A stretch of DNA of 64,000 nt. Origin: Callorhinchus milii. Lineage: Eukaryota. Below, in pieces: positions 12,745 to 25,075 of this stretch. Both the position numbers and the translations under genes were made by a program. How positions within the stretch are numbered: the stretch's first letter is position 1; every line of letters begins with the position of its first letter. Under the pieces are notes generated by a model. The model worked only from the letters and a program-made list of their open reading frames with translations, was not told the origin of the DNA and made no database searches. The stretch spans positions 52,268,001 to 52,332,000 of the forward strand of contig NW_024704743.1 of assembly GCF_018977255.1 (NCBI RefSeq), read 5' to 3'.

Positions 12745-13610
12745 GTAAGTACTCCACGGTGGCTTTTCCTGTTGAGATTTTACTGTGCTCAGTCAATGTG
12801 GAATAATAAACTTGCAAATACATCTGTGAGCACTTTGATGTTCCACAGATGTTTTATATACTGTACACAGATGTGTACATTTAACGATTCACGAGGCCCA
12901 CATCTGCCACCCAACTGAATAGTTCTGATACACATGGAAGAAGTAGGTGCCTCAATGAAAAGTTGGGGGCATCCTATATGTATGAATTGTACAGTTCTAA
13001 TTACATCAATTATATACATAATCACGTATTACACACAGAAATACTCTCTTCTTTATAACCCAGACCTCAGGAAACAAGTACTCAGGATCTCGTAACTAGG
13101 CGTGTGCTGAGGTGAATGTGACACAACAATGCACAGAATGTAACATGAAGAAGTCGGCAGTCAGGATCTTAACAAGAACCCGACAAAGAGCAAAGAACAG
13201 GAAAAGATACAATCTACACCATCAACCTAACCCTGACTTAATCTCCTGAGGGAAGTCAATAACCAATTATACTAGTAAAATGATACTCGTCTGTACTGCT
13301 AGTCATTCAAAGTGGGAACAGCATTTATGTATCCAACTCCAACTTTATATTCACTGGAGCTGAGGAGAGCTCTGCATGTGCACAACTGAGTACAAAGCCA
13401 GAGCTTGGCAACTCGGAACCAAACGCTGCTTAGTTTTTTTTTAACTTACTAAACGGTCAATTCCCAAAACCTTCGCTTTGTAAACAGAAGAGATAGTCTC
13501 TATAAAGTTCTTGGATGGTCTAGTGCACTATCCAACCAGTTTCAAGGGATATTCTAAACAGTGGCTGAAACAATTTGCCTTGTCTGTATTTATACTTGTG
13601 AATCACTTAA

Positions 13611-13895
13611 CAATAATCCTGGTAGCTGTTGTAACCCCTATAATGTTGAAATGTCTCAAAGTGTTTCTCAAAGTATTCTCTTAAGTGTAATGTATTTGGA
13701 GCAAATGCAGTTGCCAATATTCCGTTCAAATAGGCATTAAGTGAACAACTAATTTTACTTGGAAAATTGATTGCCAGAGCACCAGGAAATACTCCCTGTT
13801 GAAATAGTGTGATGGAATCTTTTGCTGAAGTGAACTGGAACAGACAGCAAGACCTTAGTTTAACTTCTCATCTGAAGTACGATGACTTTCACTAC
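13611..13895 (-). mobile_element. Deu-domain SINE, family B, degraded
   Basis: Reverse complement has CAGATGAGAAGTTAAACTAAGGTCTTGCTGTCTGTTCC and AAAGATTCCATCACACTATTTC. Confidence 0.7.
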
Positions 13896-13896
13896 T

Positions 13897-14328
13897 GTGT
13901 CAACTTGCTCAGTAATAGCATTCTTACGTCTGAGTCAGAAGCACCATATCAGGACTTGGAATTCCATAGTCTAAGATGACACTGCAATGCAGTGCTGTGG
14001 GTGTGCAATTGTTGAAGGTGCCATCCTTCGGGTGAAACATTAAACTGAGGTCCTGTCTGCCTGCTCAAATGGACATTAAAGATCTCACGGCACTATTCGA
14101 AAAGAGAAGGGAGTTTCTCCTGGTGTGTTGGTCAACAATCCCCCAAATAAAATTGGTCATTCACTCCATGACTGTTTGTGGGACATTGCTATGCGCAAAC
14201 TAGCTGCCGTGTTTCGTGCATGAAATACAGTCAATCCACTTTACAATATATCTTGTGAAAGGCTTTGAGATACCTTGATGATCTGATAAGGCACTATATC
14301 AAATGCAAAGAATATTGTTATTATTATT
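13897..14328 (+). mobile_element. Near full-length Deu-domain SINE, family B
   Basis: tRNA-like head, GAAGGTGCCATCCTTCGGGTGAAACATTAAACTGAGGTCCTGTCTGCC...AAAGATCTCACGGCACTATTCG core resembling the AmnSINE1/SacSINE1 Deu domain, L2-type tail and (TTA)n. Confidence 0.9.
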
Positions 14329-14699
14329 TAACAAAGCAGCTTCCCCAATGGAGACTAGACTGATACCAAAAAACACCTGGTCAAAGCATTCTGCAATTGG
14401 GCTCCAGTGTAATAATTCAGTGTATATATCACTTTTCACTTTGATTTGCTATACGTGGTGCAATGTAAATAGGGCAGGAAAACATTAGGAAAATGTACCT
14501 GCTCCTGGAGCTATTTAAGTAAACTCCAATGTTGTGATCAATTGCATTCTATAGAAGATAGGTATCCAAGAGCCCCAACAGGACTGACTAATGTAGCCAA
14601 CCAATATATTTGGTCATCTACAGCTGAACTTTGTAGCTATCTATATTCTAAATTAATTATTTGATCAACTCCTTGTTAAATGAATTAATTGATACATCC

Positions 14700-15092
14700 T
14701 ATAGTCTGGGATGATATTCCAGTGCAGCGCAGGAGATCTGCTGTATTGTCAGTGGTGCATCCTTCAAATGAAGTGTTAAGACATCTTGATGACATGATAA
14801 GGCACTATATCAAATGCAAGAATTATTATTATTAAATCAGGACCCTGTCTGCTTGTTCAGGTACCCATTAAAGATCCCATGACATTCTTGGAAAAAAAAG
14901 AAGGGAATTTCTCCCAGAGCTCTGGCCAATAATCCCCCAGATAAAATTGATCATTCACTTCATGGCTGTTGTGAGACATTGTTGTGTGCAAATTGGCTGC
15001 AGTGTTTGCCTACAAAATACACAGTCACTATACACTGTATAGCATTTTGAGTCTTCTCCACAATGAGATCAGAAAATACAAAGATTATTATT
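14700..15092 (+). mobile_element. Deu-domain SINE, family B, with a nested SINE tail at ~14780-14832
   Basis: The core is split at TTAA by GACATCTTGATGACATGATAAGGCACTATATCAAATGCAAGAATTATTATTA. Confidence 0.85.
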
Positions 15093-15316
15093 AGCATATC
15101 TGCTGTCAATGGTAGTCAATCTGTTTCATTTAATATGTGTATTTTTGGGGGAGGGGGGAGGAAAGCACAAATTTACAGATATATACAGCACCATAACTAA
15201 GAGTGCGGAGTACACTTAAAACTGCTACCAATCCCCTCCAGTGAAGCAATCAGAATATAAAAAATATGTCATGAATGGTAACAAAATAGTTAATAGTGTT
15301 TATCAAAAATACTTTA

Positions 15317-15408
15317 GTTTGATTAAATCATATCAAAGTACAACTGATCCATGTTTGATTGAGAAGTACAAATGGATCAGTTGAATTTTTGAAATGATTT
15401 AATCAGAC
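15317..15408. repeat. Imperfect inverted repeat forming a ~90-nt hairpin
   Basis: TGATTAAATCAT...CAACTGATCCAT pairs with ATGGATCAGTTG...ATGATTTAATCA around a 19-nt loop. Confidence 0.85.
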
Positions 15409-18400
15409 AGAATAAATACAATATTATTGTATGTAAAACAGAGTAATCATAATATTAGTAAAATTGAATAAGTACATTGAGACAATATAAGTATAATCTA
15501 TATGCATAACATACACTAGACTATATTTATATAGATTATAGATTATATCTATAGTTTATGTGAAACAATATAAGATCATGTTTCTAAATAACAATTGCAT
15601 GTATTTCTATGAGTTGTGCTCTGTCCTGTTTACAGCAAGCTGGGGTGGATAACTGGTTCAAGAAGCTTCAGGCACAAAGTACCATATTAATCCGAGGTCA
15701 ACATCTGTGGGAATATGGTGCGACCGGTTGAATAAAATATTTACTCCATGCCCATGTACATATTTTGGATTAATTTTTAATTTAAAATCAAAATGATAGC
15801 TTTACCATTGTCATTTAAAGTATTTAAAATGAAAGCTGTATCACATGTTCAATTTTCACTCTAGCGTGCTCATAAAAAATGTCAATTTGGAACACAGACC
15901 CACTGAGGATTTACTGTTCTTTCCAGTGTACTGTGAAATTGCTGCTTAAGCAGGATTCATATCAACAAGAAATATGGAGTGAAGAGGTATATACCGTCTT
16001 GGCAGTCCTTCCTCAATCACTACACATTAAAACATAAGATTTTTATTTTATTAGCAGCAAAATTCAAGGCCGATCACTTCAAAGTACTGTAGTTTTTTTG
16101 AAAGAGAACAACCCAACTTTTCTTAACTTTTTTTTCATAACTAAAATTCTCGATAATAATAATCCTTACATTTGATATCAAGTCTATTTTACTTCAGGAG
16201 AATTCTCAAAGTTCTTCACACATTTCATAAACCTGATGTATAATTCCTGTTAATCTTGCTGAGAAATACAACTGTGCATAGAATACTGCTGCATTTGTTT
16301 TGGAAGATCCATTTTCATTGAAGAAAGCAAATTCTGACACGTTAAAACAAAAATGCATTTTACACATATTTTAATGGTCTGCTATTTTGCCTTATTAACT
16401 CATCGTTTAGTTCCGAGAGTATGTATTGCACCTTTGTGTGAACCTTTTGAGATTCTGTCTTAGCTCTAATTTTGTCACTTATTTTCCTCTGATAAATAAT
16501 TAAAATAATTGGAGAGGATGGGTTTCAACAAAAGCCCCTTGCCAAGGACAAGGGGTTTATCCTTCGAGAAGTGAGCGATATTGAGAGTTCTGAGAAATTG
16601 CAGACTTGGAAATCGCAGCTTTGAGAGACACCATTTAGCATTTTACATTTATTATTTTGTGAAGCACTTTGGGATGCTTATTTTATGTGAAAGGTGCATT
16701 GCAAATAAAAATCTTATTGTTACCATTATTATATTTCATCAGTTCTCATCCGGTTCATGTGGAGTCTTTTTCATTGTGAGTTGGCATTTAGCCTGATGGT
16801 TTACTCTAGCATGACTGAATCCACAGATTGGGTTTATCCTGTAGCCTTCTCCTTTGAGTGAAGGGTGATGGGACAGTAGAGACCAACCATGAAGAGAGAG
16901 ATGAAAATGGACGACAAAGAGAGAAAATTATGTTATAATGATATCATGAAGCCACCCTATTTTAGACAGGATTTCTGATGTCAGCACTAATGGATTTTTA
17001 GGGGAAATAATAAAATGACAGCTGCCAAATTACATCACGGACATCACATGTGCACAGTAATCATGCCTTAAATCTTTCAACTGAATAAAGTACCATGGGG
17101 TTTTTCATATTAGTCTCTTGGTGGGTTACAGAATTAGAAACTGACAGGTTCTACTTGTCCTCATATACCATCATGCCTGATAATGTACTGAGCTTGACAG
17201 ATCTGCCAGCACTTCAGGTACACAGAATTGAAAGCAAAGAGACTGAGAGACCCAAGTTTCCTTTGCATGGAAATAGACTTTACTTGGTTGAGAGTAACCC
17301 AGTCGCCTTATAACCAGAATTGGTTTGTCTGTAGGTTTTGGTGTGTATAATAATGAACATTTTTGTCGCAAGAACCCAAATAATAAATCAATCACTGGCC
17401 TGGAAAATCTTCAATGTACACTTGCCTATTGTTCCTAAACTGTAAAATCATTTAAGATCTATTTCTGGGCTAAGATTTATCTTGGTAAATTAATGAGCAA
17501 TAGAGAATCAACACCAATATGCACCTACAAGGCACTTTAATGTAAAGCAATATTTCAATGCAAATTGTCCTCAAAGTCTTTTACTTTACAACAATATGTT
17601 TTCTTTCCTGTTAAAAACAAACATTTAAAGAATCCCATCTGTTTTGCTTCCAAGTTGTAAATTATTCCTTTCATTGTCACCTTGGTGAATACGAGGTTGA
17701 CAGTATAATATTAAGTTGGATCTTTGATGGCTAAGTGGTGGAGAGTTTCTGTTTAATCCCTGGTAACAATTTTACACATTTGCTGAAATTCCCCTTTAAG
17801 TTGAATCTGTTTTATTCCCATTTTGCTCACAGAATGTCATACAGGTGTGAAATGCTACAGTTCAGACAAAATACATCATATTGGCAATCAGAAGAGAATT
17901 GTAGGTTAATATTAAATTGTACTTTACTTTATAATTGTAGGTTAATGTTAAATCAGTCACTGGGACGATTTTAACCCTAGTCCTAATTTCAGTCGCTCAA
18001 CAGCAAGGAAACTTTTTTAAATATTCTTGTCTGGAAGGTTTTTTTTTGTGCACATTAGTTCTTAGTACACCTGTGTTTTTTAAGGTTGTGTATGGCACAT
18101 CAAAAGACCAGTAGAATAAATATGTTTCAATGTGTATCATTTTATATCCTGTATTTTTTTAAACAATCAGGAAAAATAATATTTTTGTAAAAATAAAGCA
18201 TTGATTTTGTAAGAAGATCATGTTCTGACCAATAGTTGACTTGAAAAAATTATCAAAGTGGATGGCCTTAGCTGAATGCGATTTGATTCTGCTGTTTTAC
18301 TCCTGAATTTCTCCCATTATCCAAATGGACCAGTGAACATAAATGACTACAAAGAATATTTGAAGGAAAACATTCTTAGGAAGTGGGGTAGAACAGAGGT

Positions 18401-18479
18401 ACATTTTTGTTCCTTTTACTGGGTGATGTTTCCATGAACAGTAATCACCTTTGTCTATGTAGCTGTCCTTGATGTGTAA

Positions 18480-18905
18480 ACATTGACTGTGAGTATCAGT
18501 AGTCAATTCAACCACAGGCCAGTCCTACCTTCAGCCCATGTCCACACAACTTACAACAAGGGACATGGGACAGTGATCAAGAGGTCGAACACCTGCTAAT
18601 TTTCCCTTCTTAACCAAAGGACATAGTGGTCAATTGTAGCTCCGTTTAAGAATATATAGGAACAATAGGAGGCCATTCAGTCCATTGAGCTTATTCTACT
18701 ACCTTATTCTACTAGATTTTGGAAAATCTTTTAATCTTCCAAATCAATGCACCACCCATTCGTCACACCCTTTTATACATCTATGAGATGCCCCAGCTGA
18801 GATCATTTAACAGCACAGACTGAGGATTGAGCCTGGACTGTATATCTTATACTTAAAATGACTTTCCAGACCTCTTTACTCATCACAGTCACTAAATCAA
18901 CTGGC
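18480..18905 (-). repeat. Unclassified old SINE-like repeat family D with an inserted CR1 3' fragment (~18650-18780)
   Basis: Reverse complement TACAATTGACC...GATCACTG...GTGTGGACATGGG aligns by eye to 61080-61430. Confidence 0.5.
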
Positions 18906-19376
18906 CGCTGATGGTCAATGAGAGGTGTCAAAATGACTAATGTGGAGCTAGGCTTGAATCAGGGGCATTTAGCCAATGTTCTGGAAGTTGGCTGACACCT
19001 GTTGAGCTTCACACCAGCACAAGAGAGGGACGTAGGCCATTTGACCCGTTGAGCCTACTGTGTTACTTCAGGCAAGAAAGCTAACCAAAGTAACATTTAT
19101 TTTTTCCTGTATTTATAGGTCTTATTTCCATTTTGTATTTTTATGCTTTTCAAATGATATTATCCCTTACTTCAGGTTTCCTGATCAGCAGTTTCTTTTT
19201 ACCTGGGAATACATGTTCTGCTCTCAGATATACCTGCCGATGCTGTTCTGCAAGCAGCCATCAGGAGGAAACTAACTCCCCTGATTTAGGCTCCTGTCCT
19301 ATGTGGCCTCTTCCATGGTAACCTGACTGAAATCAGGAACTTACCAGGAATCAGGAAATGTGGACATCGGGGCATG

Positions 19377-21022
19377 ACAACAACAACAACAAGATTATAT
19401 TTGTATAGCGCTTTTCACGGCGGGAGGACATCCCAAGGCACTGGACAGTGTACAGCATTTCAGACCCGAGCTGGGGTCAGGGAGGGAGAAGGGAGGGGAA
19501 GGGGGCGACCAATGGCATGGTTGAAGAGGAGGGTCGTGAGGTGGGACTTGAAGGAGGCTGAGGAGGGGGCGAGGCGGAGTGATTGGGGAATGGAATTCCA
19601 GAGGTTGGGGGAAGAGTGGCTGAAGGCTCTCCTGCTAATGGTGGAGCGGGTGGGTCGGGGGATGTGGAGCAGGCCAGAGCCAGTTGAGCGGAGGGAATGG
19701 GCGTGTTGGTAGAGGGTTAGGAAGTCGCAGAGGTAGGGTGGGGCGAGGCTATTGAGGGTTTTGTAGGTGAGGACCAGGATCTTGAACTGGATCCTCTGAA
19801 GAGTAGGGAGCCAATGGAGTCGGGCGAGAATGGGGGAGATGGGGTCACGGAATTTGGTGCAGGAGAGGACACGGGCTGCAGAGTTCTGGATTATCTGCAG
19901 CCTGTGGAGGGAGGAGTTGGGAAGGCTGACGACAAGCAGGGCATTTGCATAGTCGAGCCTGGAGGTAATGAAGGCATGAACAAGAGTTTCAGCGGCCTGA
20001 GGGGTGAGGTAGTGGCGGAGTCGGGCAATGCTACGAAGGAGAGGGAAGGCAGAGCGGGTCATGGCTTGGATGTGGGGAACGAAAGACAGTTGAGGGTCGA
20101 ACAAGACACCTAGGTCCCTGACTGGCTTGGTGAGTTGTAGTGTGCAACCATCGAGGTTGATGCTACCAGAGCCTGAGGTGCAGAGGCGCTGGCGCGAGCC
20201 AATCAGGAGGGCCTCAGTCTTATTCACATTCAACTGTAGGAAATTTGCCCTCATCCAGGACTTGATGTCCGACAGGCAGTCTGTCAGGACAACAGTGGTC
20301 CTGGAGTTGAGGGTGGAGGCAGAAAGATAGAGTTGGGTGTCATCCGCATACATGTGGAAGATGACCCCATGTCTGCGGATGATGTCACCAAGGGGGAGCA
20401 TGTAGATATTAAAGGGGAGAGGGCCAAAGACAGAGCCCTGGGGGATGCCAGACGTGACAGTGCAGGGGCTGGAGGAGAAACTGTTAGAAGCAACAAAGTG
20501 GAGACGGTGAGAAAGATAGGAATCGAACCAGACAAGGGCAGGTCCGTGAAGGTTAAGTAAAGAGGAGAGGCGGTGTATGAGGATGGATGGAGTGGTCGAC
20601 AGTGTTGAAGGCGGCAGAGAGGGCGAGGAGGACAAGGAGGCAGAGGGAGCCCTGATCACAGATGTTCAGAATGTCATTAGTGGCTTTGACCAGGACTGTT
20701 TCTGTGCTGTGAGCAGCTCAGAAGCCGGATTGGAGGGGTTCAAAGAGGGTATGACGAGAGAGAAAGGAGCGGAGCTGGGACGCGACGACTCGTTCCAGGA
20801 CCTTGGAGAGGAATGGGAGGTTAGAGATGGGGCGGTAGCTGGAGAGAAGGGATAGGTCCAGGGAAGGTTTTTTCAGGATGGGGGTGATGACGGCTGTTTT
20901 TAGGGGGGTGGGAACTGAACGAGTGGACAAGGAGAGGTTGATGACATCGGATAAGAGAGGGGCCAGAAGGTGGAGCTGGGGGATGAGGAGAGAAGTGAGG
21001 ATGGGATCGAGGGAGCAGGTAG
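19377..21022 (-). mobile_element. L2-clade LINE, 5'-truncated, ORF2 reverse transcriptase region (disabled)
   Basis: ORF 20718-21119 gives CSLDPI...YRPISNLPFLSKVLERVV...LQSGF; ORF 19460-20659 gives GIPQGSVFGP, MYADDTQLY, NFLQLNVNKTE, SRLDYAN, LHWLP; internal stop and frameshift; (TTG)n tail. Confidence 0.97.
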
Positions 21023-22413
21023 GAGCATGAGTCACTTTGTTGTACATTATCTTGCTGCACCACACTCCCACAGTGGTCAAATAGACAGACACCATCCAAC
21101 AGGCCACTTGCAGATTCAAACTGAACTCTTTGGTGAGCTACCTGTGCAGATGTTGGGTTAGGCCCAGATTGTGCTTGTCTGTGATGTTTTCCATGGTCTA
21201 GTAACTAGCAGTCACTCATTGATCATGAATAATGTCATCGAGGTGTGGTGAAGTGCAGGAAAGCCTCAGGCAAACCCTTCAGAAAGGGGAGAATTGTGTT
21301 AAAGAAAACTTACTGCTTACACTGCTTGGAATACCTGAAAATTGATTTACAATTAATAATGTATAAAATAAGATTAATATTCATTCTCTGCTTTTGAATG
21401 CAAAGGGAATGATCCTGACTGTGAGGTGAGAATGTGCTTTCTCTGTTGTTGCTCGAGGAACAGCATGTCATTAAACCACATCGAATTTTTTTCTTCCGAA
21501 ACTGCTCACAATTTCCCGAAAATAGCCACACCAAAAACATTCTTTGCATGAAGTCAATTTGTACCATCTGCCCCACGCTTGATAGGAGTTCAATTCTTGC
21601 TGCTATGTGGGCAGCTGTGACCCTCAGCAAACCGCTGATAATTTTGGACCATAAACATCCACAGCTGAGAATGTATCCATGATACTCTCCAGAACACATA
21701 CTCATTCCCTGCAAGAATCAGTTGCAGATCTGTATTGCAATATGTTCTCCCTACAGGGCTGCCTATGTCTGTATCATCCTCTGCATTTACCATCAGCATC
21801 CAGCAAATTAGCAACATCTGTTGTTTGGATTCCAAACCAACAGCTCCTCCATCTGTTGACCAGGGAGAATGCACTCTCTGCAGAAGGCAGAACTGAGGTG
21901 ATTGCTGCCTTGGGCTCTTGTTAAAATTATTGAGACAAACTTCTGGATTTTTACCCCCCATAATAACATTTCCAGAGACGGGTCATTCTCCACTAATGAG
22001 CTGTCGATGTGGGTGTCCATGTTCCATCTGCAAAAAGCAAATGGTTTTATATTCTCTCTCTCTCCACCCCCCACCACTGCAAGAAAATTCCCTGCAATTC
22101 CTTATCTTGGAGTTTTGAAATGATCGTGTTAAAATGTCCATGCAAATTGCACTGAAAGAACATAAAACTATTTCAAGTGCAGGATGGACATTGCGGTGAC
22201 AGTTTGAAGGCCATTTCGTCCAAAGCTAAAAGCATGCTGTCCTACCCATTGCTCTCCTCTGCCTCCTTTATGATTGTTATGCTGGTGTTCAGAAAATCAA
22301 TGTGAACTCCAGTAAGATACATGTGTTGATTACCTTTAGACACAATAGTTAACCAATAAATAGAGTACATCAAGTGACTTATCTTGCCTGTTGGATAAAT
22401 ATATCAACAACAA

Positions 22414-22683
22414 GATTCCATTTATAGAGCGCCTTTCACGTCGGGACGACGTCCCAAGGAGCTGTACAGTTGGGTCAGGACCCGAGCAGGGGGGAAATGG
22501 TCAGGCTGAGGGGAGGGAAGGGAGGGAGCGAGGAGGGGGTAGAGAGTCGAGAGGGGAGCTGAAGGCACGGTCAAAGAGAAAGGTCTTGAGACCGGCCTTG
22601 AAGGAGGAAAGGGAGGAAGCAAGGCGAAGGCACTGGGGGATAGAGTTCCAGAGCCTCGGGGCTGAGAGGCTGAAGGCCCGGCA
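22414..22683 (-). mobile_element. L2 LINE 3' fragment (young)
   Basis: RAFSLSAPRLWNSIPQCLRLASSLSSFKAGLKTFLFDRAF plus tail GGGACGTCGTCCCGACGTGAAAGGCGCTCTATAAATG. Confidence 0.92.
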
Positions 22684-22789
22684 GATGCCTGGTGCATTTT
22701 CTGTTTGAGTGATGATAATAAACTGAAAACAACTTTTTTTAATGTTTGGACTCTGCTGATGATTCAAAGCACCTCTGTGGTGTGGTGCT

Positions 22790-23110
22790 ACAAATTAGTA
22801 CCTCTGTACTAATTTACCTGATCTCTACAAACCAGTTAGGAACACTGGAATTGGTCTCAATGTCCTTAATCTAGGAAGGAGGAAAACAAGCCATGGTTCC
22901 CAATATTGATACTTATTCATTGACATGCCAGGTGAAAGGTGCTTGTACAAGGAAATTTGGTGAGGACAGATTATATTTTAGCTGTGAAGCTCCCTCACAG
23001 TCATCACATAGTGAGTAGACACTCACAGTCTATTCTCACACATCAAGAAAGTCACTTGTGCTGGGTACCAGGGGACGTGTGAAGCTTGTGGAACTGTATC
23101 CCAACATGAG
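22790..23110 (+). repeat. Unclassified old repeat family D
   Basis: GGTGAGGACAGATT...GCTGTGAAGC...GACACTCACAGTCTATTCTCACACATCAAGAA resembles 61400-61495 and 21140-21230. Confidence 0.5.
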
Positions 23111-24429
23111 AAAAAAATATTTTTGAAATAGTCACAGGGGCAAAACCTTGTTTTAAGCCCGTGCTAAATATATAACACTGGACCCATGAGCTTTTAACTA
23201 TTAGTGCAGCAGCTGCAAGCTATTAACACTCCTCCCAGCCAAGTTCTGCAACACCATTACAGCCCTCACTTGTGACTAGGGTTTGTTGCTAATTGCTGAC
23301 CACAAACCTGGCAATAAGATCAACCACATGATAACTATCCTCACACTCTCATATTTAACTACAGTATTTAGCTAAATAGTCTTTAGTTCCAAAAGCTAAA
23401 ACCGCTGACATACAGCAAAAGAGAAGAGCTAGTTAAAAAACGGACACAGAGAGAAATTTCAAAGCATTTTTATATTTGCTTTGATGATTTATGGGGCCAA
23501 TTTAAACACTCTTGAAATTAAATTTGCTCTGTTTTAACACAGTCATCTTATAAAACATAACTACATTTGAGTTGCAAGTACATATAGCCAAAGGGGAATG
23601 TCTTACAAAAAAGCAGAATATGAAATAATTTGGAGCAAAGCTCATGGAGTTTTTGAACTGAAAACCTTATTCAGTAATCAGAATTTAAACTGAGATATAG
23701 CTTTTAGTACTGATGGGACCTGAATGGTGAAATTCCATTGCTGGAATAACATTAAATGTATATGCACAAAAATCACGTCTTTGCGCTAAACTAAACAGAT
23801 CACGATTCCACAATCAATTGCTCCACCACTCCCAACCCTGTGTTATTGCTACAATTAACTCACCTAACAAGTCATTTAAGTAGTGATTAACAACAATATG
23901 CATTTATGAGGCACAGTTTACTTCAAATAAAGCGTCTCAAAACACTTTGCAAAAATAAATGTAGTAAATATTGCTTTGAAGGAACCTCCATCAATGTAGC
24001 ACACCTCCAGCACAGTGTTCAGTGACAGCTTGAACCTTGTGTTCAGAGCCCAGACATGGGGCTTGAACCCATGTTCAATAACAACTGAGCTAGGTTTTGT
24101 AGGCAAACACAGCAAAGAATATCCACAGTAAGGGATATCCAACGATCAACAAACATGATGAGGAGTGAAATCAACTTGACTTTTTAGAGTGAATTAGGAT
24201 CTCTGTAATGCCACCACTTATTGTAAAGCAACTGCAGAGGAAATTCTAATAAACTAGATTAAAGTGCCCTAAATGTGTGACGCAATGAAGAAAAAGACTA
24301 TTCTTTGATTTAATGGAGGCATATATTTCCAGATGGCTTTGGCCTAAGTTTACTGTTATTTTAAAGGTTTCAACCAATTTTCAGCAAGTGTTGTTTGCCT
24401 TTGAAGAATAAAGGATCTAAGGGGGTATA

Positions 24430-25075
24430 AATTGTTTTGCAAGGACTTGTGAAGTGAGGCAGAGGAATGGCATTATTGGAAAAGGAGGCTCGAACAGCTG
24501 TCGAGAAATATAACAGCAGGAGAGATGGCTGAAGCAATCTGGGTAGAAATTGGTTATGATAAAGGTAACAAAATATAATTGGCAACTGCTATCAACCTCC
24601 AGATCACGCTGAGAAGTTGTACAGAGAGTTATTAAGGTAAATAAGAGTTGGTGATCAGGAGAGATTTAAATGTCTCTGGTGGAAAGTGGTCATATCAAAA
24701 ATAACCAAGGGGGTTGGGGAATATACTAAAAAATCCACAGGTAACCAATATCTGTTTCTTAAAGCCATGTGAAGTAGAGCACTGGAATAGATTTACAGGG
24801 AGAATTTCCTTGTGTTGTTATTTGTAATGGCCAGAACAACTTAACATGAGGTTATAGGAATAGGAGCAGACCATTCAACCCATCGAATAAGTTCCACAAT
24901 TTTCAGTCATTAGATCCATTAGCCATTTTCAGCCATTAGCCATTGGATCATGGTTAATCTGTAATTTAATGCCATTAGCTGGCCATTCACTATATCCATC
25001 AAAATACCTCTTTCCTATCTACAAAATATTCATCTATTTTCCTCTTAAATATTTTAAATGATTTGACATCATTTG
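24430..25075. mobile_element. Old CR1 fragments (sense EN-region remnant followed by an antisense 3' end)
   Basis: GAAGCAATCTGGGTAGAAATT (EAIWVEI) on +; TAGGAGCAGACCATTCAACCCATCG resembles the antisense CR1 3' end at 38550. Confidence 0.55.

Noticed and set aside
17898..17955. Short direct repeats (AATTGTAGGTTAAT x2; similar 10-14 bp duplications near 27910, 53965, 62207 and 62890)
   Set aside because: Typical slippage micro-duplications with no further structure
19460..20659. 399-aa RT ORF as a functional or domesticated gene, or a retron/DGR-like system
   Set aside because: Ordinary 5'-truncated L2 ORF2 with an upstream stop and frameshift and a standard L2 tail; the context is vertebrate and has no accessory genes
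21310..22123. Cluster of overlapping ORFs on both strands with a good minus-strand acceptor at 22028
   Set aside because: No recognisable peptide and stops in all frames; at most a non-coding exon, which I cannot support
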